64,000 bases of DNA. It comes from Eledone cirrhosa. Taxonomy: Eukaryota. Shown here piece after piece: positions 15,396 through 31,828 of the stretch (position 1 is the first letter of the stretch; each line of letters opens with the position of its first letter). Under the pieces are notes generated by a model that was not told where the DNA came from, did no database searches, and saw only the letters and a program-made list of their open reading frames with translations. The stretch lies in the NCBI GenBank assembly GCA_964016885.1, contig OZ024742.1, positions 101,618,001-101,682,000 on the forward strand, written 5' to 3'. The position numbers were made by a program, and so were the translations under genes.

Positions 15396-16439
15396 TGATG
15401 TGTTAGATTTCCATGGAACCTCGAAATATCTATTAATAACAGAACTAGGGGAGAAAATTAGAGTAAAGAGACAAGCCTTCCTCACATAAAGATGCAGAAT
15501 ATTTACCTAAAATCAAACTTCTCCTCTTCCTTAACCATTCAAAGTTCTAATTAGTGGTGTAAGAGCAGTTGCTCCTATTATTAGATATATGTTCGACCTT
15601 TTAAGTTGGCCTTAATCAAGTAAACCCATGATCAAAGACTTTCCAGCTATGACCATTGTGTCTTTTTTTTATGTGTGTGCGTGTGGCATAATATATTCCG
15701 AGCTCCATTATCTTGTCTTCTTTTGATGTTGATTTGACTGTTATTTCTAGCAGAACTGGCTACCAGAGAGATGAGGCTTCACTGTGGATTTTTTTTCTCC
15801 TCTTTTCTTACTTGATTTCTTCACCCCCTGTCTCCCTCCATCCTTTCTCTACCCCTCTTCTAACTTTCTGTTACTCCCTCTCTGATATATATATCTACCA
15901 TTGAATATTCATTTTTATTAAGACTAAATAGCGAGTCTTGTTACTCTGGAGTTTCGCCTGTTTATCCAACAGGCGAAACTTCAGAGTAACAAGACTCACT
16001 GTATATTTAAATTCTACTATGGTATTGAGTACTCTTTTCTCTCAACTGTCAACCACACATGGATATATATAGTTAAAGTGATATGAAGCTATTAAATTAA
16101 GTAAATTTTGTAAAATAAATTCTTGTGTCAGTTTCAGATGAGCCTCCAAAAAAATTAGAAGTCACCTCCCCTCACGCCACACAAATGTAATTAACTTTGG
16201 GGAAGATAAGATCAGCATTTTTTTTTTTAAAGTTCTATTTTGGTGTTCTTTTATTATTTGACTTTATAGAAAATGTTTATTTTTGGCAAATAACTCTCAG
16301 ATCAAAAGTTGGAACTGCAACAATTACATTGTGTATGCATATATGAAGTGGCTGAAGTTAACAGCATGAACCAGTCAATGAAAGATTATTTCCCACCTCC
16401 CTTCTGTTTGTCCACTTTACCTCTCTTACATGTAGAACT

Positions 16440-17450
16440 TCTGGCCAGAAGCTATATTTCATAGAGTCCCTTGCAACACAACTTAGCAGTTAGATGATTG
16501 CATGTGAAAGTGTGTTTTACTTCTCCTTTCCTCTCACCTGACATCACTTCCTCTTTTCACTTCTGCTGTGCAACCCACTATATTACACACTCTCTAAAGA
16601 TCCTTTCACACATCTCCACTCTATTTTGAAGTCATCCGGGCTCCTAGGCAGATCTTTCGACCTTTGTAGGTCTGTAGTGCTGATCTCATCCTCTCCTTGT
16701 AGATTATCATCTGGTGAGCCAATAACCCTGCAGACATTGAGAATGTGATGCACCATGCCATCTATTGAAACATAGTTTGAGGAAATTCACAGCTGTTGCT
16801 ATTCCCTTTCTATGTGCAGCATGCATTGGGGTCTTCATCCAGATCCCATCTTCGATCTCAACAGATTCAGGCTCTTCCCCTTTCTCAAGTTGGTGTGGTA
16901 CCATGTTAAGATGTTGCCATTATATTGTAATATTGCTCTTTGTGGCACTGACTTTTCAGACAATCCTACTTGGGTAATATATTGTACTAAAAAACTGCCT
17001 CAGCCATGGCTTTTATTGTCTCTTCACAGTCTCATTCCTACTCAGCCTATATGTAGCTCTGAATGAAATGCTGAGTTGTTGTCTGTCAACAGCTTTCACA
17101 GTCCCTTTCTCCACGTTCAGCACCTCTGAAATTTCAACTGCAGTCTCTATCCTAATTTCCCTCCATATTGCTATCTGCGCTGGTCCACAGTCAACCATTG
17201 AAAGATACATCCGACTCTGATAGTACATCACATAAACTTCCAACCTTTTCCACTTGAACCTTTCCCATCACATGTACACTTGGTGCAGAGTCAATGGACT
17301 AACACTTGTCACCACTCCTGATCATCTTCCAAACACTCTCCCTGGTCACATCAGAGTTAACTTTGCAGCTCAATGTAGTGTTCTATCCTTTCTGATATGA
17401 TGGATACTGTACAATCTCCTTATCTCTGTATTCCCCAATCAACAGACCAC
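16440..17450 (+). mobile_element. Possible highly decayed Penelope-like retroelement
   Basis: Faint resemblance to PLE RT-thumb/linker motifs (HY..THS..HSY, IPF, TFP). No open frame. Confidence 0.3.
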
Positions 17451-17652
17451 ATGAACAAATGTTATAGTATAAGGAATTGCTGTTACACAGACCATACAAT
17501 CATACTAGGATTAAGAAGTAATTTTACTATCTTAAGAAAAAGCACTCATATTATGTAATAATAAAATCATTTAGTTGTTATTTAGCCCCAAGTTAGTCTT
17601 GATCCCACAGGTCTGTGCCACTCCAGTGTAACCAATCTGCTTTTCATCAGCC

Positions 17653-20374
17653 AGACTGCTTTTATGAGCAACTTTTGCAAACAACCACAATGACAGAGGA
17701 CGGAGACATCGTTATGCTAGCAGGAGACTTCAATGGTCATGTTGGATAGCTCCAGGATGGTTACACTGGGATACATGGTGGGCACGGTTACGGTTCAAGA
17801 AATGAAGAAGGAGTAAGACTTCTTGAATTTTGTGATGCGAGTACATTGACTATTTGCAACACAAACTTCCAGAAACCTGCCAATCACCTAATAACCTACA
17901 AATCTGGTGAGCACATAAGCCAGATTGACTTCCTGCTAGTTAGGCAGCGGGACAGGCAGATAGTGTCTAATACCAAGGCATACCCTGGGGAAGAATGTAC
18001 CCCACAGCATAGGTTAGTTGTTAGTGATATCTCAGTAAGCAAGAGATGGAATGAGACATATAGGAAGGTGTGGAGAAGAAAGGTCTGGAAGCTAAAAGAC
18101 CTTTCACTAAAATACAAATTTAGGAAAGCCCTTCAAGATGTATATGACGAAAAAGAAGACGATTTAGAGACGTATGACATAGATAATAACTGGAAGTTCT
18201 TACGTGACAACTTGCTGCAGGCTACTGATGAAACCTGTGGCTGGAGCAGAGCTCCAACCAGACAGAGAGTGACCTGGTGGTGGAACAGCACAGTAGATAA
18301 GGCTATTAGAGACAAAAGACTAGCATGGAAGGCTTGGAAAAAGGGTGGGAGTAGGGAAGAATATACAGCCACTAAGAGAGAAGCTAGACGTCAGGTGTAC
18401 TTAGCACGCAGGGAGGCAGAGAGTAGGAGGTTTGCCAATGTTCTGCGACGGGAAGATCAGAGGCGTGCGGTGTTTCACATTGCAAGGCAGTGTGTCAATG
18501 CAAATCAGGATGTTGTTGGAGATAAATGTGTCCGGAATGATGCCGGTGTACTTAGTGTCACGAATGATCAGAAAAAGGAGGCCTGGAAATGTCATTATGA
18601 GAGATTGATGAATGTGGAGAACGAATGGGAGAGAGAGAAATTACCCTTGGTAGATCTGACAGAGGGACCAGCTATTGAGATTGACGAATATAGGGTCCAA
18701 GAGGCGATTAGGGAAATGAAAAATGGTAAGGCGGCCAGACCATCGGGAATAGTTGCTGAGATGCTGAAGGCATCAGGGGACGTAGGCACTAAACTGGTTG
18801 CACGCATCATCAATCAGGCTATATATGGTGGTGTCATACCCAAAGACTGGTGCAGCAGTATTCTCATAAATTACTACAAAGGTAAAGGGGATGCTTTGGA
18901 GAGGAGCAATTATAGGGGTATAAAACTGATAGATCAGGTTATGAAAGTGGCAGAAAGGATTTTAGCACAACTAATTAGAGAAAGGGTCAAACTAGATGAG
19001 ATGCAGTTTGGTTTTGTGCCTGGGAAGAGTACAACAGATGCCCTCTTCTTGGTGAGACAAATGCAAGAGAGGTTCTTAGAGAAGAATAAGCCACTATACT
19101 TAGCCTTTGTTGACCCAGAGAAGGCCTTTGATAGGCTACCCCGATCTGTCATCTGGTGGTCCCTAAGGAAGCTAGGTGTTGAGGAATGGCTTGTGAGGAC
19201 AGTGCAAACCTTGTACAGAGGTACTCTCAATAAAGTCAGGGTAGGAATGGAGTTTAGTGAGGAATTCCAGATACAAGTAGGAGTACATCAGGGTTCGGTC
19301 CTCAGCCCGCTCTTGTTCATTATAGTCCTCCAAGCCATAACAGAGGAGTTTAAGACTGGCTGTCCATGGGAACTTCTCTATGCTGACGATCTGGTTCTTA
19401 TAGCAGAATCAGTAGGGGAGCTAGAGAATAAATTTTGGCTATGGAAACAGCAGTTGGAAGCAAGAGGACTGAGAGTGAATCTAGCTAAGACAAAAGTGTT
19501 GATGAGTAGAAAAGAGGACAAAACCCTGATTCCGTCAGGGAAATGGCCATGTTCGATATGCAGAAAAGGAACTGGCATAAATTCTATAAAATGCACACAA
19601 TGCAGATCCTGGGTACACAAGAGATGTAGCGGGATAGCAGGCAAACTAACAGGTAGGGAGAAATATGTATGCAGTAGATGTACAGGGAAATTAGACAGTA
19701 GAAGTCGCACTGATAGACACATTTTTCAAATGCAAGAGGGCTCTATAGAAGTGGTGGATAGCTTCCGGTACCTAGGAGATCAGATTAGCATGGGAGGAGG
19801 GTGTTCCGAGGCCATAGTATCTAGAATAAGGACGGGTTGGAAGAAGTTTAGGGAGCTGCTTCCTCTGTTGACGAAGAAGGGTTTCTCCCTGCGTACGAAA
19901 GGCCGGTTGTATGATGCCTGTGTGAGGAGCGCGATGCTGCATGGTAGTGAGACATGGGCAGCAACTGAAGAGGATATGCGATGGCTGGAGAGAAATGAGG
20001 CAAGCATGCTCCGTTGGATGTGCAGTGTAAATGTGCGTGAACGACCCAGCATAAATGTGTTGAGAGAGAGACTGTGTCTGAGAGGGATAGAATGTAGTGT
20101 ACGGGAGAGGAGACTGAGGTGGTATGGACATGTGATGCGCATGGAGGATGACCGATGGGTGAAGAAGTGCCAGGAAATGCCAGTTGAGGGAAGACGTGGT
20201 AGAGGTAGACCACGAAAAACATGGGCGGAGGTGGTGAGAACAGACCTCAGATCATTGAAGCTCACGGTGGAGATGACGAGGGACCGTGATGAGTGGAGAG
20301 ATGCTGTGCTGAATAAGACTCGTCCCACCCTTGCAAGCAGGGAGAAGCGGACGTAAAATAATGATGATGATGAT
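17653..20374 (+). mobile_element. RTE-clade LINE (family A), 5'-truncated within the APE endonuclease, 836-aa open frame, (ATG)n tail
   Basis: LAGDFNGHVG* (in-frame TAG 17747-17749), QIDFLL..HRLV, RT motifs [32 protein letters not shown] and FRYLG, then RLRWYGHV..RGRGRPRKTW. Ends in aataatgatgatgatg. Confidence 0.96.
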
Positions 20375-20595
20375 TGCACATCTTAGACTATGATATCCAA
20401 TGTGTCCCTCTTTTTTCAAGACATTAGGATAGAATTTGAAAGAGGTTTGGCTGTTATTTCTAAAGGTTTGGGCAACTGCATAGAGTCTCTCTTGGCTGTG
20501 TTTCAGTTTTTTTGTAGTAGTGGTTAATGCATCAGAGTACCACCAAATAAACATGGGTCCATTTCCCTTCTAGGTACTCATTATTTTTGTATTCA

Positions 20596-20920
20596 AGGGC
20601 GGTGAATTGGCAGTATCGGTAGAGGGTCAGACATGCTTTCTAGCATAGTTACGTCCCTTTACGATCTGAGTTCAAATCCCGCCGAGGTTAACTTTGCCTT
20701 TCATCCTTACGAGGTCGATAAAATAAAGTACCAGTAATATACTGGGCAATTGCTGGCCTTGTGCCAAAAAGTAGAAACAATTATTTTTATATACAATAGC
20801 AAGGTTAATCCCGCCGAGGTTAACTTTGCCTTTCATCCTTACGAGGTCGATAAAATAAAGTACCAGTAATGTACTGGGTAATTGCTGGCCTTGTGCCAAT
20901 AGTAGAAACAATTATTTTTG
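20596..20920 (+). mobile_element. tRNA-derived SINE (family 1) with tandem duplication of its 3' ~110 bp
   Basis: A-box-like TGGCAGTATCGG and B-box GAGTTCAAATCC. The segment aatcccgccgagg...gtagaaacaattattttt occurs twice. Confidence 0.85.
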
Positions 20921-22472
20921 TATTCAATAGATATTTATATCAATCCCCAAGTTCTGACATACATTTTTCTTTTCTTTTATGGACCTTCCTTTGTTGTATT
21001 TTATTGTTAAGCTGTGAAAGGTTTTTTTTAGGTGTTCTAAAGAATTTTGATAAGCTAATTTAAGTTGACCTCCATGCTTAGCTGCAGCAAGTTTATAAAT
21101 ATACAAAAAATTTGTATTGTTAATCACTGAACCTTTTGATAAGAAGAAACCTCATTAACGTTGGCCTAATAAATTGCTTCTCACTTCCTTCCACTACTAT
21201 CTTAGCTGTTGTTTAATTATAAACTGTTAAATACCTAATATAGAGAATTGAAATACAGATAACTAACTTGCTGTGTCTTATACTCCTCAGTGATCTTTTC
21301 TCTCTCTTTCTCTCCTTCCCTCTGAGCTGTTGATTCTTTAAGTTTTATAAATATTAACTAGTAAATGCACCATTGAAGAACATTGAATTTATTCAAATCA
21401 AATGCTACTTCATTATTTGAGCCTCTGTGTCCAGGTAATTGAATACATACTTTTTTAAATATAGTTTTCTGAGGATATGAAAGATGCATTGTAGTCAGAT
21501 TGGAGGACATATTACAAACATTTGAAGATCTTATGTCATTTTGATAATTTTAACTCTTTAGCATTTATATTACTCTATATTTACTATTATATTTTCGCAG
21601 TAAAGGCTTTATCTCACATAATGACGAATCTATGAGATTTTGATATTATATATTTTGAGAACACTACCTTAACATCAGTATTCATGACCCTGCCAATCCA
21701 TTGCTCTAATGGGATTTAATTTAGGCACAAGGATAGCAATTTTGGTGGGAGGAGAGGGTTGATATAATCAACCCCAATACTTGTCTGGTACTTTAATTTA
21801 TTTACCTCGGCAGGATTGGAACTCAGAACATGAAAAGCCAGAACAAATACTGCTAAGCATTTCTCTGATACTTAATAATCTTGTTTGAAATATGGTGGAC
21901 TATTCATGTTGTTTGAGTGGAGTGAGATAGTCTGGTTGATGATATATCAATACACATGTTCAATAAATTGTATTGACTGAAGTTGAAATAATGCAAATGA
22001 CAAGATTTTCAGAAAAAAGACAACTTACCATATATACTCAAAGCAGAGCAAGAAAAAGAGAAGGCGAGAATGAGAACAGTAAAATAAAATCAGAAGTAAG
22101 ACTGAAAGAAAAAGTATTGTCAGACATGTATGTATGTGTATGGGATATTTATGCATTAAAAAGTTCAAATTATAAAACTTTGTTGGAAATATTTTCAAGG
22201 GAATGCATAAATAACACCAATAACAATGTAGTAATAGTAGAAAAACTGTTTCATTGTAAAATAATCACTAAAATATACCACATTTCTTTTTTGCCCATTT
22301 TATTTTTAAACATCAAATAATGTATAGTTTTTACTTAGTATTTGTGATAACGAGTTGTTTTTGTAAAATATGACTGTCCTATTTGGAATGCTGTCTTAAA
22401 AATTGTTTGAATAAATTCCGGTGAAGAAAACAAATCTTGGGAATAGAGTTTAGTGATTAATATTATTGAACA

Positions 22473-22816
22473 TCATCATCTCATCATCTCATTTTTTACG
22501 TCCACTTTTCCCTGCTTGCAAGGGTGGGACGGGAACTGATTCTGGCTTGATTTCTACAGCTGGATGCCCTTCCTAACACCAACCTCATTTACAGTGAGTG
22601 CAGGGTGCTTTTTTGCCGTGGCACCTCCACGACCACTTTGCAGTGGAATGATAGGGACCCCAGTCCCTATCATCTCATTTCTACAGCTGAGTAAACTGGA
22701 GCAATGTGAAATAAAGTGTCTTGCTCAAGGAAACAACACATCACCCGGTCTGAGAATTGAACTCACAACCTTTCGATTGCAAGGCCAATGCTCTAACCAC
22801 TAAGCCATGTGCCTCC
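22473..22816 (-). mobile_element. Full-length chimeric tRNA-headed SINE with RTE family A 3' tail and 8-bp TSD
   Basis: TSD ATTGAACA at 22465-22472 and 22817-22824. Head TGGCTTAGTGG / GAGTTCAATTC. Tail CGTCCCACCCTTGCAAGCAGGG. Near-identical copy at 54728-55069. Confidence 0.9.
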
Positions 22817-23539
22817 ATTGAACAATTAAGAATAATATCAACTTTTACATAGGCTGCCACCTGTTTCCAATTTACTTCATTTTGACAGTAGATCATTATT
22901 GTTCCCAACTTTTAATATTGAATATGAATTGAAAATATTTTGTTTTCAATATTAGATTACAGACAATATATTTCACTGAAATATTCTTGCTAAGGAAAAA
23001 TTGATATTCCACTTTTGACTCATAATGCAAGAGGAAAAAAAACTATGGAAGCAAATTGCTACTTATTCATTGATTGAATATATATATAACTAAGATAAAT
23101 CTTAACCAATCCTTCAGTAAATCCTACACACCACACCACACACCATAAAATAAATTTAAGCATGTCCATCAAAACCATACTCCAGCCCCCTCAGTCAAAC
23201 AACAACCAATTTGCTTCAATTACTGGTATGGAGGTGACGACATAATAAGGCTGCTGCTGCCGTATTATTTAGTTTCTATATTACTCTGCAGCAACTTCAA
23301 CTCTGTTATATAATTGACATTGTACTTACCCCCAGTCAGTAAAACAACTAGAAACTACCACCTAATAGTTATTTACTTCTGTAGTTTGTTTTAGCCATCA
23401 CAATAACAAAGTTGAATTTAAATTAATACAGTTTATAAAGACTCAATATATCGACACTCGATCGACTTTCGTCAAATCGGGCCGAGGACACAATGTTTCT
23501 GTTGGTCTTTCCAATTGCTAATACTTTCTATCGGTCGCA

Positions 23540-23672
23540 ACTCCAGATAGGAGCAACGTGAAATAAAGTGTCTTGCTCAAGGACATAACACATCGCCCAG
23601 TCCAGGAATCGAACTCACAACCTCACGATTGCGAATCCAATTCTCTAACCACTCGGCCATGCGCCTTCACAC
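23540..23672 (-). mobile_element. tRNA-headed SINE (family 2) 5' part
   Basis: Minus strand gtgaaggcgcaTGGCCGAGTGGttaga...gtGAGTTCGATTCCtgg, followed by cttgagcaagacactttatttcac. Confidence 0.8.
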
Positions 23673-23673
23673 T

Positions 23674-25209
<1,536 letters not shown>

Positions 25210-25790
25210 TGTAAACGTGGTTGGTTCGTGTTAGGAAGAGCATCCAGCCGTAGAAAACCCGCCAGACAGTCCTATACGAGCAGGGCAACAAATCTTGCAA
25301 GCGTGGAAGTTGGACGTTAAACGATGATGATGATGATGATATATATATACATATATACATCTGTATATATATATACATATGTCCAAACCCATGCAAGCGT
25401 GGAACATGGACGTTAAACGATGATGATGATGATGATGATGTATATATATACATATATACATCTGTATATATACATATGTATATATATACATCTTGCCTGA
25501 ACTTTTTGAACTTTACAAAACCATCTGCCTCTTTGGGGTCAAATACCAACCCTACTACCATCTACAAACTGACCAATGAGAATCGAGACTATTCCTGCTG
25601 ACAACATGAATTTATTCCTAAAAAGCTCATATGTCCCAAGACCCTGATACCACCAACACTATAAACACAGCTGGCATATCTAAGAACTAACTGCCTGGTG
25701 AGGTCATAGCCATTCAATGGCTATCATCGAAATATATATAGCAGTAAATAAAGGATTATGAGTTCATGCAATTGACTTATGTTTCGTCAC

Positions 25791-25883
<93 letters not shown>

Positions 25884-25957
25884 ATATATATGTATGTATG
25901 TATGTGTATATATATGTATGTATGTATGTGTATATATATGTATGTATATATATGGTA

Positions 25958-26567
25958 TGTCAGGTCACCAGTTGGTGCTACTGGTAACATGTATTCCAGT
26001 ACAACCTGTCCCATGGTCGGGTCGTTGGCGACTAAACTGGCAACCCCACCAAGGTTTCTTGGTGAGGAGGGTGACTTTGGACATCCTGCAGGACTAAAAA
26101 CAAAACCTGTCAAAAGGCAAAGGAGCTCTTAAGAGTCAATGGCCATCCAAAATCACCGGGAGAGATGACCCCTTAGCCTTTGTCAAGGCAGAATTCTAGG
26201 AGAAGGAAAACTCTGATATAACACCTGCAACCCTGATGGTATCCAATGATGTTGACTTGTTCTTCTTTTTGGTAAATATCATCTTGGTTAAGAGAGTGGG
26301 ACTGGCTTTGTGCAGTGCCTTTGCTCACTATAAAAGCTTCACGGCACAGGCATTGCTTTATATCTGGAGATCTCTCTGCATTTGTCGTCACATGGTACCA
26401 TGGGCCCAGCACTATGTGTCAATAATTGTCACAGGTGTAGTGTTTGTACCAGAGCTTTCAAGTCGCTGGCTGGACTAAAAAGTCACACTCGTTCAGCGCA
26501 TCAGTAGGGGTTCTCCTACATGGATATAAAGTAGTGGCCGTACTCGAAAACGAGTTGGCAGCCACCA
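25958..26567. mobile_element. Unclassified ~610-bp interspersed element, copy 1
   Basis: Near-identical to 55261-55862 and to 31829-32344 (which lacks the first ~95 bp). TGTCAGG...GCCACCA ends, embedded in microsatellite. Confidence 0.88.
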
Positions 26568-28795
<2,228 letters not shown>

Positions 28796-28999
28796 TCTTC
28801 TGGTTTTATAATTTCACAAAGTTTTACCAATAGAGAGAGAGTCAGTTTCTAACATAGACACAAGACTCTCTCATTGGAATTTACACATCAACTAGGTAGA
28901 TATGTATGTATGCATGCATGTGTAGATATGGATGTTATTGTATGTGTGGATGTGGATGTTTTGAGTTGTATGTGTGCATGTGTATATGCTTTGTATCTG

Positions 29000-31828
29000 T
29001 ACATGTGTATATGCAGTTATTAGATGCAAAATTTTTGGAATGTTTTACATATTTTTACTGTTCCATTAATGGATTGTACTTGTAATTTTCTAACTAGTTG
29101 TGTTCTTTCTGTTCCTGTGAAGCCTAGCTTCTCAAGATTTGTATTGAGGCAGTTACTAACATATCCCAGTGCCCCAATAATCACAGGCATAAATCTAAAG
29201 GTGTAATCAGGGTGGAGTATCTGCAGATTTTTCATCAGTTCTGCATAGTTCTGCATAAATATTCTCCTTTTCACTAATCTTTGATATTATATTGGCATCT
29301 GCTGGGCAGCTAATTTCCACTACTGTGCATGTTTTCTTCTCCCTGTCCCATATCATAATATCTGGTCTGTTATGCCTGCATTTTATTGAGGTTTTTACTG
29401 GAACATTCCATCAGTACTCTTTGATATTATGTCTTCCACATTGTTGTAGCTTTTAATGTGTTTATTATCGGGGCTATCTTTTTTACGAACTGCATTGTAC
29501 AGTGTTTTGGCCACTACATCATGCCTCATAGGTAGATAGTACCGCGATGACATCTTTGGGCAGCTGCTGATGACATGGGTGATATCCTCGATGTTAGTTC
29601 TGCAGAGTCTGCACTTGTTATCACATCTAGGTGTTTTGCCTGCATCCCTATCTCTTTTGTGAATCAGGTATTTCGTGCTAATCTCCTGTTCTTGGATTGC
29701 AAAAGCGTATCCTTCAAAGTGGGAGCCAATATAGCGATTGTTGGTCCAAGATAGACTACTTTCCTTATCTATATTACTCTCACTTTGGAGCTTCCTGGCA
29801 ACATATCCATGCATGATGTTTTGCTGATAGGCATGCAGTTTATCATCCATGGATTCACTGCGATACTGCTGAGCGACATCCCTGGGTGTGAGTTTTTGAT
29901 TATCACACAGGGAATATCTCTCAAGGAGTTCCTTCCCAACTCTCATGATCTTATCTGTTTCATGCAGATAGACTTGCTCGAGAAGCAGGCTCCTACGCTT
30001 CGAGGTTCGTAGATATTGTCGGAGAGATATGATGCGACATTCAAATGTTGTCTGGACTGATGTTAGGCCTCTGCCTCCCTGCTTACGTTTCAAGTAAAGG
30101 CGGTCTATGTCACTGTTGATGTGGAAGTTTCCGGTGTTGTTCAGTATTTTTCGAGTTCCAATATCAACTGCTCGGATTTCATCTATCGTCCAATTGAGTA
30201 TTCCAAACGTTGGTGTTAGGACAGGCACAGCAAACACATTGTGAACCACTGTTTTGTTTTGCGCAGAGAGTTCCGATGACCAGAACTTTCTTAATCGGGT
30301 GTAGTATTCCCTGGTTACGCGTTCTTTATTACAGATACCATTATAGGATATGTTCTCATCTATCCCCAGGTATCTGTAGCAGTCCTCATCAGATATCGGT
30401 GAAACAGTTAGACCATTGATGACAATGTTGCTAGATTGGGTTGTTGTTTTTCCCCGCTTTACAGTCATGTATGAGCATTTATCCTGCCAAACTCCATTCC
30501 TATATCCTTTGAGAACGTTGTAACCAGGTCAAGATTTTTCTTCATCCCATCCATGTTCTTGGCATAGAGTTTCAGATCCTCCACAAAGAAGTTATGGGTT
30601 AGGTTCGTATTTCTGCCCTCCTGTGAGCCAATGATGTATCCCTCACATTTCTTGAGCAGAAAGGACAAGGGGTTTAATGACAAGATGAACAATGTCACAG
30701 AGAAACTGTCCCTCTGAAATATACCCCTGCAATATTTTATTTTATCAGTGAAAATAGAGTCCTCCCTCTCTGTATTTAACCTTAGGATAGTAGCCCAAGA
30801 AGAAGACAGCCTCTCTATGGCTCTGACAATAATGTCTGGGACTTTAGAAAGTTGGAGGGCCTCTATCATCCAAGAGTGGGGAACAGAATCGAAAGCTTTC
30901 TTGTAGTCCAGCCAGACTGTAGTCAAATTCCTCCTAAGTTGTCGCACCTCCGACATCGCAGTTTTGTTGATTAGGAGTTGTTCAGCACAACCCCAAACCC
31001 TTTTCTTTCCAACTGCTTGTTCATCTGTGATGATGTTATCATTTTCACAGTGATCTTGGAGGAATAGGTTCAGGCAGGCTGTATACATCTTATACATCAG
31101 GTTCTGGCATGCAATGGGTCGGTAGTTTTTTTGCCAAGTGGGTGTCTTTGTTCTTGGGGACCAGTAACGTTTGTGCTAATGTCAACCATTCTGGTATAGG
31201 TGTATCTCCCTTAAGAACTTGTTGGTAGAGGTCAGTAAGATACCTCCGATAGAATATCAGTTTTTTGTACCAGTAGCCGACAATCATGTCTCTTTCCTGG
31301 TGTTTTCTTATCTTGGAGTTTTCCTATCACAGTCTCAAGGGTACCCTCACTTATTTCATATGTTTTTGTTGTAGTGTAGGAGCAATAGTTCTTTCGGATT
31401 TCTCTTAGCCACACTGCATCTTGGTTGAAATTCTTCTTTTCACCCCATATTTTTCTCCAAAAGGAATCTATGTCTTTCTGGGATGGGGCCTCAGTGACAC
31501 TTATTATTTTGCCCTTCATATCTCTATAGACTGATGTTTGGTTTTGTCTGAATCTTTTATTAAGCATTTTTCTTTCATCTACCTTCTTCAGGTATCGGCG
31601 TTTATCGCTAACAGCTCTCAATTCTTGTTTGAGGGTGATCAGCTTATATTGGAGAGTTCTGGTTCTACTGTTACCAAACATCGTCTCTATTTTATTTTTC
31701 ACTCTTTGTTGGTGAGGAGTGAGGTTTTTTTGTGTTTGTTTGCATTTGAGGAGCATTATCACATGTCCTATGTTTTTTCGTAGGTCAGCACTATTTTTTT
31801 CTATTTTAGTTATATATGATGGTACTTT
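29000..31828 (-). mobile_element. R4/Dong-like non-LTR retrotransposon (RT + CCHC zinc knuckle + restriction-like endonuclease), frameshifted and 5'-incomplete
   Basis: WLDYKKAFDSVPH, GIFQRDSFS, FFVEDLK (YMDD degenerate), YRYLG, RLYLKRKQGGRGL, CRLC..EDITHVISSC, RHD, PDIMIWD..VVEISCP and PVIIGALG, spread across ORFs 31232..31879, 30465..31097, 29395..30468 and 29020..29274. Confidence 0.9.

Noticed and set aside
16138-16186. Possible small exon (tttcAG|ATGAGCC...CAAAT|GTAATT)
   Set aside because: Weak donor, no recognisable ORP9 similarity, and phase not supported.
17846-20356. Autonomous active LINE
   Set aside because: 5'-truncated in the endonuclease, in-frame stop at 17747-17749, and an L->P change in the DLEKAFD motif.
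19772-20379. Antisense ORFs overlapping RTE copies
   Set aside because: Shadow frames of the LINE coding strand, repeated only because the LINE is repeated.
23590-23670. tRNA gene-like sequence with A and B boxes
   Set aside because: Continues into a SINE body shared with other copies and has no convincing acceptor stem. Treated as a SINE head.
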